Shown here: positions 33,763 through 46,700 of the stretch, piece after piece | Position numbering within the stretch: the first letter of the stretch is position 1 | Layout: the number at the start of each line of letters is the position of its first letter | Source of the DNA: Lingula anatina | Taxonomy: Eukaryota; Animalia; Brachiopoda | Assembly (NCBI GenBank): GCA_051362555.1 | Contig: JBPQGU010000013.1 | Coordinates: 186,001 to 250,000 of the forward strand | Direction of reading: 5' to 3' | DNA: 64,000 bases | Notes under the pieces: model-generated | Told to the model about the DNA's origin: nothing | The model's database searches: none | The model's input: the letters and a program-made list of their open reading frames with translations, nothing else | Translations under genes and position numbers: made by a program

Positions 33763-35686
33763 ATGCCGTACGGTAAAGGTAGCTGGAAAAAACGAAGAAA
33801 AAGTGTATTTGTGAAGGGACACAAGCTATACCATGCAAGACAGAAGTCTGACCAGCCTCCAGAGCCTATTGTGAGAAGATACATCAGACCCAGCCAAGAG
33901 TTGTACCAGGCAGCCTCCTCTCCACCCCCTGTCGGGCCGCCAGCAACCCTCAGCAGCAACCCTGATGCACCCGTCATCCTCAGACCTAGGAGGGCCCAGT
34001 CAGAGAGTTTGTCCAGCAGCCAGCCCCAACCCCCAGATGATGAATACAAGTTGGTTTCACCAGAAAAAATTGTCAATCTGGTCAACAAAGTCTTGTCAGA
34101 GCATACAGCTGAGTGCACTGGCTCAATGGTTTGGGACAGAGAGGCAGAAAGCAAGTGGGGAGTGGCTTGGTCAATGGGACTAAAATGTGACACGTGTCAG
34201 TACAGGACAGGGAAACAGAAATTGTACAATGAAGTCGAGAGCAAGCAGCGTGGCAGGAGAGCAGCAACGGTGAATGCAGGCTTGCAAGTAGGCCTGTCAC
34301 AAAACATGATCTCCAACACGGCCATGAGGCAGATTCTAATGGCGACCAATGTGACCCCCGCCCAGTGCATCATCCATGCAAAAGCAAGCAAATAAAGTCG
34401 GTGCTGCTATAACCAAGCTTAACAAAGCTGACATGCAACAGCGCCGTGAGAATCTACGCCGCATTCAAGATCTGAGAGGGTGTGAAGGACAGCCCATAGC
34501 AGTGGAAGGAGATGGCAGATATAATAATAGTCTGTTTAGTGGAGGGAACAAAACACCATACCAGCCAGCCACTCAGACTGTATACACCGTTGCAGAAAAT
34601 GTAACCAGCAAAAAAGACATCATTGGTGTTTACACCGGAAACAAGTTATGCCACACAGCTCACCTGCTTAAAAGTAGAGGGGAAGATGTATCCTGTCCAG
34701 AGCACAGTGGTATCTGCACGGCGAATCTACGGGAAGACGACAGTATTGGAGACGAGAAACGTGCCATGCAGCAGATCCTCGAGGAAATTTCTGGAGAGGT
34801 CACAGTTGGTGCCTTGACCACTGATGGTGATAGCCGAGCCCACTCTGCATGTGATGATGTCGAAAGTCTTCGGGACACGCGCCACTTCAGTAAAGCTCTG
34901 AAAAAGCAAATTGAAAAAGCACCATTTTCCGGTCAAGTTTTCCCAGGGAAAACAAAGTACTCCAGAGACAAGATGCAGAAACGCTTTGCTCAGTGCATAG
35001 CAATGCGCTGTTATGCTGAATTCGATGCCTGCTATAAAGCAAATAAAGGGGACATAGAATTGATTAAAAGAGCACTGAGTTATGTCACTGACTCTATAAT
35101 TAGTTGTTACAACGGTGATTGTGAAAACTGCTTAAAGTATTCTTATGTATGCAAAGGTGGCACGGAAACTATTTTCCCTGAGAAAGGCAAACTAGACTTT
35201 AGCAACTCTGAAGATGTGCACATCTTAAGACAGTGCCTAAATTATAGACTGGGCCCAAGGGCAATTGAATCAACAAAACTTAATACCAACACACAAAAAG
35301 TGGAGTCTTTAAACCGGACATTTCAGAAAACTAATAATAAAGTTGTCACCTTTTCACGGAACTTCGAAGGCAGGATTCACAGTGCAGTTCACTTGAGGAA
35401 TAATGGACTTAAGCAATCCACTTTGTGTAAGATGGCCTCTGTTGGTGTTAGGCCCACTTCTTCAGTTGTTAAATATCTGGAGAAAGATGAAAAACAGATG
35501 AAAATGAGAGTAAATCACAAAAAGACAGTTGCATTTAAGTTAAGAGCTAGACAGAGAATCCTTAGCCGTTACAGAAGATATGACAGATCTAAAGCATTGA
35601 AAAGTAATAATGACTACAGAAGATGCATATCTATGCCAAAACTTGTAATTCCTGATCATAGCTATTCAAAGAGAGCATGTAATTAA
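33763..35686 (+). pseudogene. Kolobok-type DDD/E transposase, copy 10; +1 C frameshift in a homopolymer (possibly a sequencing error)
   Basis: GTGACCCCCG at 34351-34360 versus GTGACCCCG; splits into ORFs 33499-34395 and 34376-35686. Confidence 0.75.
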
Positions 35687-35844
35687 AATAAAAATGTATG
35701 ATTTTAAGATACTACTCTGTAATAAACTGGTTGTGAAATATGAAAAAAAGTTTGTTGGTCTTTCTTCTAGTCTTAAAACTTATAAATATAATTGAGAAAT
35801 CTATAAATTAAGTAAATGTAAATTTAATAATAATAACAATAATA

Positions 35845-36210
35845 TTAATAATTATCATGTACACAATTTGGCCCCCGTCTGTGTCTGAGGCACCTGCCCA
35901 CATTACGACAATGTAATCTGTTATTGTTGATTCATTGAGGCTCTGCTGTGAGATGATCGGGGTTACAGCACAGACCGACTCCACACGGGTGGAATGTGTA
36001 AAACCCTCTCCTAAGCATAAATGCCACCCTGTGCACTCCAACAGTAACAGAGTGTCTAGCCCCAGGAAATGTAACCCTCCATAACCCATAACGGGCCCCA
36101 CTGGAACAACTGGTGCCCCCAGTCCACAGCCAACAGTATCCCTCCTGTGTGTTATGCAATTTTGCATGTAATTTCGCAAGATATACATCCTAGAACTGGT
36201 CATTAGCCAT
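35845..36210 (-). pseudogene. His-Me finger endonuclease with two stops, copy 10
   Basis: Same sequence as 3851-4216. Confidence 0.85.
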
Positions 36211-36309
36211 TTTTTGTGTGAAATGATGCAAGAGCACCCTTTTATGGCCTGTGCTGCTCTAAATTTAGAAACTAAGCCAAAAGTGAACAGTTGTCACTTT
36301 TCCTGTTCA

Positions 36310-36767
36310 GGGGAGAAACCACCAAAATATTTCCCATTGACGACCATACTAAGAAATGCCTGCAAAACTGCATAAAGAAAATAACTCTGGGAAACATTTC
36401 CCATCTCCATGGACAGCAGACACACTGACATAACTCCAAATGGCAAAAAAATATACTGTCATCAACTCCGCTGTCTTACCGGCATCACTTGAACATGTGC
36501 ACCCCTCTGTTTGTAAACAAACCACTGCACCACTCACAGTCAGTAGACCCTTCCGCCAGAGGTCTCACGACTGCACTGCACCTGTGCCTGGTCCTGAAAA
36601 AAAAACTGGCAGTAGTTAACACCCTACTCTGCTAGTTGATACCAAAATTAACCCTAGCAACACACAAGAAATGCCAGGAAAAAAATGGAAAAAAGCACTC
36701 ATTTTTTCTCACTGAACTATATTCGTCTATAACAGGTGCTGATTGGTTGATTTGGAGGTTTCTGCCC
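36310..36767. mobile_element. 458-bp LTDR module, junction type A
   Basis: TTCA|GGGG...GCCC|TGAGATTCA. Confidence 0.88.
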
Positions 36768-37477
36768 TGAGATTCACACAAACCACCCCCCCTGTTCTTA
36801 CCTTCTGACACCAAAAATTAAAACCTTAATACACTGCCAACTGCTCCGCCCAATATGACTGAGAACGGTCTCTTGATGACTGAGCCCTGTCAAGTTGAAA
36901 ATGTGGTTGCTGTATCGGCCACTCTAGCCAACATTGCACCTGGTGAGAAAGCATAATTTCATGAGTGATAAAAAGTTAAATGTACATTTCTGTGCCTGAA
37001 TTTGTTTCAATTGTTTTGAAATTTGGACACCTTATGCTGGACAGGTGTGAAAATCTGAGATAAGCATCTTAACTGGTTGGGCCTAGTTTAAGTGCACTTT
37101 GTTGAGAAATAAAATGTGAAAAGTGGAAAATTACTAATAAAAATATTTTAAAAATATCTAAAAATTACTTAAACTCAAGTGCAAGGTTAATTGTCACAAC
37201 TGTTGTTTATGTTTGTTTGTGTTTGTTGTGAGGATACAGGAAATGAGCTTCTTGTCCCTCCCTGCAGAACAATACTCACTGCTAAGCTGTATACCCCCCC
37301 TCCTGCACTGGGGCCATGCAGTTTGCTGTTTACAGGAAACCCCACTACCAATCACTGTTCATACCTTTTGTTGTAATGTATCCTGCTTTCCTGCACACCT
37401 GGGAGAGACAATGGGCAGCTGATGCTATAAAATGCCCTGTCTCTGCCTCTGGACTCAGAAGTCACTTTCTATCCACC

Positions 37478-37772
37478 ATGCCGTACGGTAAAGGTAGCTG
37501 GAAAAAACGAAGAAAAAGTGTATTTGTGAAGGGACACAAGCTATACCATGCAAGACAGAAGTCTGACCAGCCTCCAGAGCCTATTGTGAGAAGATACATC
37601 AGACCCAGCCAAGAGTTGTACCAGGCAGCCTCCTCTCCACCCCCTGTCGGGCCGCCAGCAACCCTCAGCAGCAACCCTGATGCACCCGTCATCCTCAGAC
37701 CTAGGAGGGCCCAGTCAGAGAGTTTGTCCAGCAGCCAGCCCCAACCCCCAGATGATGAATACAAGTTGGTTT
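37478..37772 (+). pseudogene. 5' fragment of transposase copy 11, truncated at the satellite
   Basis: MPYGKGSW...DDEYKLV, then the sequence switches to satellite at 37773. Confidence 0.85.
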
Positions 37773-40700
37773 GTGCTGGAAGAGTGATTGTGTCATTATT
37801 AGGAAGAAATAGAGCAAAAAAACTCTCTCCACCCCCCCTCTCTCCAAATCCTGTTCTCAGGTGTGCTTTCTGGCAATCTTTAAAGCTGAACTTGGGGGCT
37901 TTAATGAAGTGACCCGGGCGCGTTTCCACATTTTTTATGAATGTCAGGTGTGGTAAATAATTTTCATCACTTTTTGGAAAAATTGGTGACGGGTCATTTT
38001 TGGGTGATTTGAGAGATTTTCGTAAGGTCCGGATATGGCAGTTTTCTTCAATTTTGGCAGGTAGGATGAAAAATTTTTTTCTTCAATATTGTGTCAGGTA
38101 GGTGTGTTTGGTCATTTGTAGTGAGGGTAAAGTGCTGGAAGAGTGATTGTTGTCATTATTTAGGAAGAAATAGAGCAAAAACTCTCTCCACCCCCCCTCT
38201 CTCCAAATCCTGGTTCTCAGGTGTGCTTTCTGGCAATCTTTTCAAGCTGAAATTGGGGGCTTTAATGAAGGTGACCCGGGCGCGTTTCCACATTTTTTAT
38301 GAATGTCAGGTGTGGTAAATTAATTTTCATCACTTTTTGGAAAAATTGGTGACGGGTCATTTTTGGGTGATTTGAGAGATTTTCGTAAGGTCCGGATATG
38401 GCAGTTTTCTTCAATTTTGCCAGGTAGGGATGAAAAATTTTTTTCTTCAATATTGTGTCAGGTAGGTGTGTTTGGTCATTTGTAGTAGGGTAAAGTGCTG
38501 GAAGAGTGATTGTGTCATTATTTAGGAAGAAATAGAGCAAAAACTCTCTCCACCCCCCCTCTCTCCAAATCCTGTTCTCAGGTGTGCTTTCTGGCAATCT
38601 TTAAAGCTGAAATTGGGGGCTTTAATGAAGTGACCCCGGGCGCGTTTCCACATTTTTTATGAATGTCAGGTGTGGTAAATTAATTTTCATCACTTTTTGG
38701 AAAAATTGGTGACGGGTCATTTTTGGGTGATTTTGAGAGATTTTCGTAAGGTCCGGATATGGCAGTTTTCTTCAATTTTGGCCAGGTAGGGATGAAAAAT
38801 TTTTTTCTTCAATATTGTGTCAGGTAGGTGTGTTTGGTCATTTGTAGTGAGGTAAAGTGCTGGAAGAGTGATTGTGTCATTATTTAGGAAGAAATAGAGC
38901 AAAAACTCTCTCCACCCCCCCTCTCTCCAAATCCTGTTCTCAGGTGTGCTTTCTGGCAATCTTTAAAGCTGAAATTGGGGGCTTTAATGAAGTGACCGGG
39001 CGCGTTTCCACATTTTTTATGAATGTCAGGTGTGGTAATTAATTTTCATCACTTTTTGGAAAAATTGGTGACGGGTCATTTTTGGGTGATTTTTGAGAGA
39101 TTTTCGTAAGGTCCGGATATGGCAGTTTCTTCAATTTTGCAGGTAGGGATGAAAAATTTTTTTTCTTCAATATTGTGTCAGGTAGGTGTGTTTGTCATTT
39201 GTAGTGAGGGTAAAGTGCTGGAAGAGTGATTGTGTCATTATTTAGGAAGAAATAGAGCAAAAACTCTCTCCACCCCCCCTCTCTCCAAATCCTGTTCTCA
39301 GGTGTGCTTTCTGGCAATCTTTAAAGCTGAAATTGGGGGCTTTAATGAAGTGACCCGGGCGCGTTTCCACATTTTTTATGAATGTCAGGTGTGTAAATTA
39401 AAATTTTCATCACTTTTTGGAAAAATTGGTGACGGGTCATTTTTGGGTGATTTTGAGAGATTTTCGTAAGGTCCGGATATGGCAGTTTTCTTCAATTTTG
39501 GCCAGGTAGGGATGAAAAATTTTTTTCTTCAATATTGTGTCAGGTAGGTGTGTTTGGTCATTTGTAGTGAGGGTAAAGTGCTGGAAGAGTGATTGTGTCA
39601 TTATTTAGGAAGAAATAGAGCAAAAACTCTCTCCACCCCCCCTCTCTCCAAATCCTGTTCTCAGGTGTGCTTTCTGGCAATCTTTAAAGCTGAAATTGGG
39701 GGCTTTAATGAAGTGACCCGGGCGCGTTTCCACATTTTTTATGAATGTCAGGTGTGGTAAATTAATTTTCATCACTTTTTGGAAAAATTGGTGACGGGTC
39801 ATTTTTGGGTGATTTTGAGAGATTTTCGTAAGGTCCGGATATGGCAGTTTTCTTCAATTTTGGCCAGGTAGGGATGAAAAATTTTTTTCTTCAATATTGT
39901 GTCAGGTAGGTGTGTTTGGTCATTTGTAGTGAGGGTAAAGTGCTGGAAGAGTGATTGTGTCATTATTTAGGAAGAAATAGAGCAAAAACTCTCTCCACCC
40001 CCCCTCTCTCCAAATCCTGTTCTCAGGTGTGCTTTCTGGCAATCTTTAAAGCTGAAATTGGGGGCTTTAATGAAGTGACCCGGGCGCGTTTCCACATTTT
40101 TTATGAATGTCAGGTGTGGTAAATTAATTTTCATCACTTTTTGGAAAAATTGGTGACGGGTCATTTTTGGGTGATTTTGAGAGATTTTCGTAAGGTCCGG
40201 ATATGGCAGTTTTCTTCAATTTTGGCCAGGTAGGGATGAAAAATTTTTTTCTTCAATATTGTGTCAGGTAGGTGTGTTTGGTCATTTGTAGTGAGGGTAA
40301 AGTGCTGGAAGAGTGATTGTGTCATTATTTAGGAAGAAATAGAGCAAAAACTCTCTCCACCCCCCCTCTCTCCAAATCCTGTTCTCAGGTGTGCTTTCTG
40401 GCAATCTTTAAAGCTGAAATTGGGGGCTTTAATGAAGTGACCCGGGCGCGTTTCCACATTTTTTATGAATGTCAGGTGTGGTAAATTAATTTTCATCACT
40501 TTTTGGAAAAATTGGTGACGGGTCATTTTTGGGTGATTTTGAGAGATTTTCGTAAGGTCCGGATATGGCAGTTTTCTTCAATTTTGGCCAGGTAGGGATG
40601 AAAAATTTTTTTCTTCAATATTGTGTCAGGTAGGTGTGTTTGGTCATTTGTAGTGAGGGTAAAGTGCTGGAAGAGTGATTGTGTCATTATTTAGGAAGAA

Positions 40701-43700
40701 ATAGAGCAAAAACTCTCTCTCCACCCCCCCTCTCTCCAAATCCTGTTCTCAGGTGTGCTTTCTGGCAATCTTTAAAGCTGAAATTGGGGGCTTTAATGAA
40801 GTGACCCGGGCGCGTTTCCACATTTTTTATGAATGTCAGGTGTGGTAAATTAATTTTCATCACTTTTTGGAAAAATTGGTGACGGGTCATTTTTGGGTGA
40901 TTTTGAGAGATTTTCGTAAGGTCCGGATATGGCAGTTTTCTTCAATTTTGGCCAGGTAGGGATGAAAAATTTTTTTCTTCAATATTGTGTCAGGTAGGTG
41001 TGTTTGGTCATTTGTAGTGAGGGTAAAGTGCTGGAAGAGTGATTGTGTCATTATTTAGGAAGAAATAGAGCAAAAACTCTCTCCACCCCCCCTCTCTCCA
41101 AATCCTGTTCTCAGGTGTGCTTTCTGGCAATCTTTAAAGCTGAAATTGGGGGCTTTAATGAAGTGACCCGGGCGCGTTTCCACATTTTTTATGAATGTCA
41201 GGTGTGGTAAATTAATTTTCATCACTTTTTGGAAAAATTGGTGACGGGTCATTTTTGGGTGATTTTGAGAGATTTTCGTAAGGTCCGGATATGGCAGTTT
41301 TCTTCAATTTTGGCCAGGTAGGGATGAAAAATTTTTTTCTTCAATATTGTGTCAGGTAGGTGTGTTTGGTCATTTGTAGTGAGGGTAAAGTGCTGGAAGA
41401 GTGATTGTGTCATTATTTAGGAAGAAATAGAGCAAAAACTCTCTCCACCCCCCCTCTCTCCAAATCCTGTTCTCAGGTGTGCTTTCTGGCAATCTTTAAA
41501 GCTGAAATTGGGGGCTTTAATGAAGTGACCCGGGCGCGTTTCCACATTTTTTATGAATGTCAGGTGTGGTAAATTAATTTTCATCACTTTTTGGAAAAAT
41601 TGGTGACGGGTCATTTTTGGGTGATTTTGAGAGATTTTCGTAAGGTCCGGATATGGCAGTTTTCTTCAATTTTGGCCAGGTAGGGATGAAAAATTTTTTT
41701 CTTCAATATTGTGTCAGGTAGGTGTGTTTGGTCATTTGTAGTGAGGGTAAAGTGCTGGAAGAGTGATTGTGTCATTATTTAGGAAGAAATAGAGCAAAAA
41801 CTCTCTCCACCCCCCCTCTCTCCAAATCCTGTTCTCAGGTGTGCTTTCTGGCAATCTTTAAAGCTGAAATTGGGGGCTTTAATGAAGTGACCCGGGCGCG
41901 TTTCCACATTTTTTATGAATGTCAGGTGTGGTAAATTAATTTTCATCACTTTTTGGAAAAATTGGTGACGGGTCATTTTTGGGTGATTTTGAGAGATTTT
42001 CGTAAGGTCCGGATATGGCAGTTTTCTTCAATTTTGGCCAGGTAGGGATGAAAAATTTTTTTCTTCAATATTGTGTCAGGTAGGTGTGTTTGGTCATTTG
42101 TAGTGAGGGTAAAGTGCTGGAAGAGTGATTGTGTCATTATTTAGGAAGAAATAGAGCAAAAACTCTCTCCACCCCCCCTCTCTCCAAATCCTGTTCTCAG
42201 GTGTGCTTTCTGGCAATCTTTAAAGCTGAAATTGGGGGCTTTAATGAAGTGACCCGGGCGCGTTTCCACATTTTTTATGAATGTCAGGTGTGGTAAATTA
42301 ATTTTCATCACTTTTTGGAAAAATTGGTGACGGGTCATTTTTGGGTGATTTTGAGAGATTTTCGTAAGGTCCGGATATGGCAGTTTTCTTCAATTTTGGC
42401 CAGGTAGGGATGAAAAATTTTTTTCTTCAATATTGTGTCAGGTAGGTGTGTTTGGTCATTTGTAGTGAGGGTAAAGTGCTGGAAGAGTGATTGTGTCATT
42501 ATTTAGGAAGAAATAGAGCAAAAACTCTCTCCACCCCCCCTCTCTCCAAATCCTGTTCTCAGGTGTGCTTTCTGGCAATCTTTAAAGCTGAAATTGGGGG
42601 CTTTAATGAAGTGACCCGGGCGCGTTTCCACATTTTTTATGAATGTCAGGTGTGGTAAATTAATTTTCATCACTTTTTGGAAAAATTGGTGACGGGTCAT
42701 TTTTGGGTGATTTTGAGAGATTTTCGTAAGGTCCGGATATGGCAGTTTTCTTCAATTTTGGCCAGGTAGGGATGAAAAATTTTTTTCTTCAATATTGTGT
42801 CAGGTAGGTGTGTTTGGTCATTTGTAGTGAGGGTAAAGTGCTGGAAGAGTGATTGTGTCATTATTTAGGAAGAAATAGAGCAAAAACTCTCTCCACCCCC
42901 CCTCTCTCCAAATCCTGTTCTCAGGTGTGCTTTCTGGCAATCTTTAAAGCTGAAATTGGGGGCTTTAATGAAGTGACCCGGGCGCGTTTCCACATTTTTT
43001 ATGAATGTCAGGTGTGGTAAATTAATTTTCATCACTTTTTGGAAAAATTGGTGACGGGTCATTTTTGGGTGATTTTGAGAGATTTTCGTAAGGTCCGGAT
43101 ATGGCAGTTTTCTTCAATTTTGGCCAGGTAGGGATGAAAAATTTTTTTCTTCAATATTGTGTCAGGTAGGTGTGTTTGGTCATTTGTAGTGAGGGTAAAG
43201 TGCTGGAAGAGTGATTGTGTCATTATTTAGGAAGAAATAGAGCAAAAACTCTCTCCACCCCCCCTCTCTCCAAATCCTGTTCTCAGGTGTGCTTTCTGGC
43301 AATCTTTAAAGCTGAAATTGGGGGCTTTAATGAAGTGACCCGGGCGCGTTTCCACATTTTTTATGAATGTCAGGTGTGGTAAATTAATTTTCATCACTTT
43401 TTGGAAAAATTGGTGACGGGTCATTTTTGGGTGATTTTGAGAGATTTTCGTAAGGTCCGGATATGGCAGTTTTCTTCAATTTTGGCCAGGTAGGGATGAA
43501 AAATTTTTTTCTTCAATATTGTGTCAGGTAGGTGTGTTTGGTCATTTGTAGTGAGGGTAAAGTGCTGGAAGAGTGATTGTGTCATTATTTAGGAAGAAAT
43601 AGAGCAAAAACTCTCTCCACCCCCCCTCTCTCCAAATCCTGTTCTCAGGTGTGCTTTCTGGCAATCTTTAAAGCTGAAATTGGGGGCTTTAATGAAGTGA

Positions 43701-46700
43701 CCCGGGCGCGTTTCCACATTTTTTATGAATGTCAGGTGTGGTAAATTAATTTTCATCACTTTTTGGAAAAATTGGTGACGGGTCATTTTTGGGTGATTTT
43801 GAGAGATTTTCGTAAGGTCCGGATATGGCAGTTTTCTTCAATTTTGGCCAGGTAGGGATGAAAAATTTTTTTCTTCAATATTGTGTCAGGTAGGTGTGTT
43901 TGGTCATTTGTAGTGAGGGTAAAGTGCTGGAAGAGTGATTGTGTCATTATTTAGGAAGAAATAGAGCAAAAACTCTCTCCACCCCCCCTCTCTCCAAATC
44001 CTGTTCTCAGGTGTGCTTTCTGGCAATCTTTAAAGCTGAAATTGGGGGCTTTAATGAAGTGACCCGGGCGCGTTTCCACATTTTTTATGAATGTCAGGTG
44101 TGGTAAATTAATTTTCATCACTTTTTGGAAAAATTGGTGACGGGTCATTTTTGGGTGATTTTGAGAGATTTTCGTAAGGTCCGGATATGGCAGTTTTCTT
44201 CAATTTTGGCCAGGTAGGGATGAAAAATTTTTTTCTTCAATATTGTGTCAGGTAGGTGTGTTTGGTCATTTGTAGTGAGGGTAAAGTGCTGGAAGAGTGA
44301 TTGTGTCATTATTTAGGAAGAAATAGAGCAAAAACTCTCTCCACCCCCCCTCTCTCCAAATCCTGTTCTCAGGTGTGCTTTCTGGCAATCTTTAAAGCTG
44401 AAATTGGGGGCTTTAATGAAGTGACCCGGGCGCGTTTCCACATTTTTTATGAATGTCAGGTGTGGTAAATTAATTTTCATCACTTTTTGGAAAAATTGGT
44501 GACGGGTCATTTTTGGGTGATTTTGAGAGATTTTCGTAAGGTCCGGATATGGCAGTTTTCTTCAATTTTGGCCAGGTAGGGATGAAAAATTTTTTTCTTC
44601 AATATTGTGTCAGGTAGGTGTGTTTGGTCATTTGTAGTGAGGGTAAAGTGCTGGAAGAGTGATTGTGTCATTATTTAGGAAGAAATAGAGCAAAAACTCT
44701 CTCCACCCCCCCTCTCTCCAAATCCTGTTCTCAGGTGTGCTTTCTGGCAATCTTTAAAGCTGAAATTGGGGGCTTTAATGAAGTGACCCGGGCGCGTTTC
44801 CACATTTTTTATGAATGTCAGGTGTGGTAAATTAATTTTCATCACTTTTTGGAAAAATTGGTGACGGGTCATTTTTGGGTGATTTTGAGAGATTTTCGTA
44901 AGGTCCGGATATGGCAGTTTTCTTCAATTTTGGCCAGGTAGGGATGAAAAATTTTTTTCTTCAATATTGTGTCAGGTAGGTGTGTTTGGTCATTTGTAGT
45001 GAGGGTAAAGTGCTGGAAGAGTGATTGTGTCATTATTTAGGAAGAAATAGAGCAAAAACTCTCTCCACCCCCCCTCTCTCCAAATCCTGTTCTCAGGTGT
45101 GCTTTCTGGCAATCTTTAAAGCTGAAATTGGGGGCTTTAATGAAGTGACCCGGGCGCGTTTCCACATTTTTTATGAATGTCAGGTGTGGTAAATTAATTT
45201 TCATCACTTTTTGGAAAAATTGGTGACGGGTCATTTTTGGGTGATTTTGAGAGATTTTCGTAAGGTCCGGATATGGCAGTTTTCTTCAATTTTGGCCAGG
45301 TAGGGATGAAAAATTTTTTTCTTCAATATTGTGTCAGGTAGGTGTGTTTGGTCATTTGTAGTGAGGGTAAAGTGCTGGAAGAGTGATTGTGTCATTATTT
45401 AGGAAGAAATAGAGCAAAAACTCTCTCCACCCCCCCTCTCTCCAAATCCTGTTCTCAGGTGTGCTTTCTGGCAATCTTTAAAGCTGAAATTGGGGGCTTT
45501 AATGAAGTGACCCGGGCGCGTTTCCACATTTTTTATGAATGTCAGGTGTGGTAAATTAATTTTCATCACTTTTTGGAAAAATTGGTGACGGGTCATTTTT
45601 GGGTGATTTTGAGAGATTTTCGTAAGGTCCGGATATGGCAGTTTTCTTCAATTTTGGCCAGGTAGGGATGAAAAATTTTTTTCTTCAATATTGTGTCAGG
45701 TAGGTGTGTTTGGTCATTTGTAGTGAGGGTAAAGTGCTGGAAGAGTGATTGTGTCATTATTTAGGAAGAAATAGAGCAAAAACTCTCTCCACCCCCCCTC
45801 TCTCCAAATCCTGTTCTCAGGTGTGCTTTCTGGCAATCTTTAAAGCTGAAATTGGGGGCTTTAATGAAGTGACCCGGGCGCGTTTCCACATTTTTTATGA
45901 ATGTCAGGTGTGGTAAATTAATTTTCATCACTTTTTGGAAAAATTGGTGACGGGTCATTTTTGGGTGATTTTGAGAGATTTTCGTAAGGTCCGGATATGG
46001 CAGTTTTCTTCAATTTTGGCCAGGTAGGGATGAAAAATTTTTTTCTTCAATATTGTGTCAGGTAGGTGTGTTTGGTCATTTGTAGTGAGGGTAAAGTGCT
46101 GGAAGAGTGATTGTGTCATTATTTAGGAAGAAATAGAGCAAAAACTCTCTCCACCCCCCCTCTCTCCAAATCCTGTTCTCAGGTGTGCTTTCTGGCAATC
46201 TTTAAAGCTGAAATTGGGGGCTTTAATGAAGTTTCCACATTTTTTATGAATGTCAGGTGTGGTAAATTAATTTTCATCACTTTTTGGAAAAATTGGTGAC
46301 GGGTCATTTTTGGGTGATTTTGAGAGATTTTCGTAAGGTCCGGATATGGCAGTTTTCTTCAATTTTGGCCAGGTAGGGATGAAAAATTTTTTTTCTTCAA
46401 TATTGTGTCAGGTAGGTGTGTTTGGTCATTTGTAGTGAGGGTAAAGTGCTGGAAGAGTGATTGTGTCATTATTTAGGAAGAAATAGAGCAAAAAACTCTC
46501 TCCACCCCCCCCTCTCTCCAAATCCTGTTCTCAGGTGTGCTTTCTGGCAATCTTTAAAGCTGAAATTGGGGGCTTTAATGAAGTGACCCGGGCGCGTTTC
46601 CACATTTTTTATGAATGTCAGGTGTGGTAAATTAATTTTCATCACTTTTTGGAAAAATTGGTGACGGGTCATTTTTGGGTGATTTTGAGAGATTTTCGTA

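Larger units (their letters stand above)
1688..37772 (+). mobile_element. Head-to-tail tandem array of about 10 copies of a KolobokP-like composite DNA transposon (units of 3712, 3707 or 3245 bp)
   Basis: Near-identical ORF stops at 3692, 7404, 11116, 14361, 18073, 21318, 24563, 28270, 31977 and 35686. Each unit has a DDE ORF (+), a His-Me finger gene (-) and, in most units, a 458-bp TIR-bounded module. Both ends are truncated within the unit. Confidence 0.88.
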
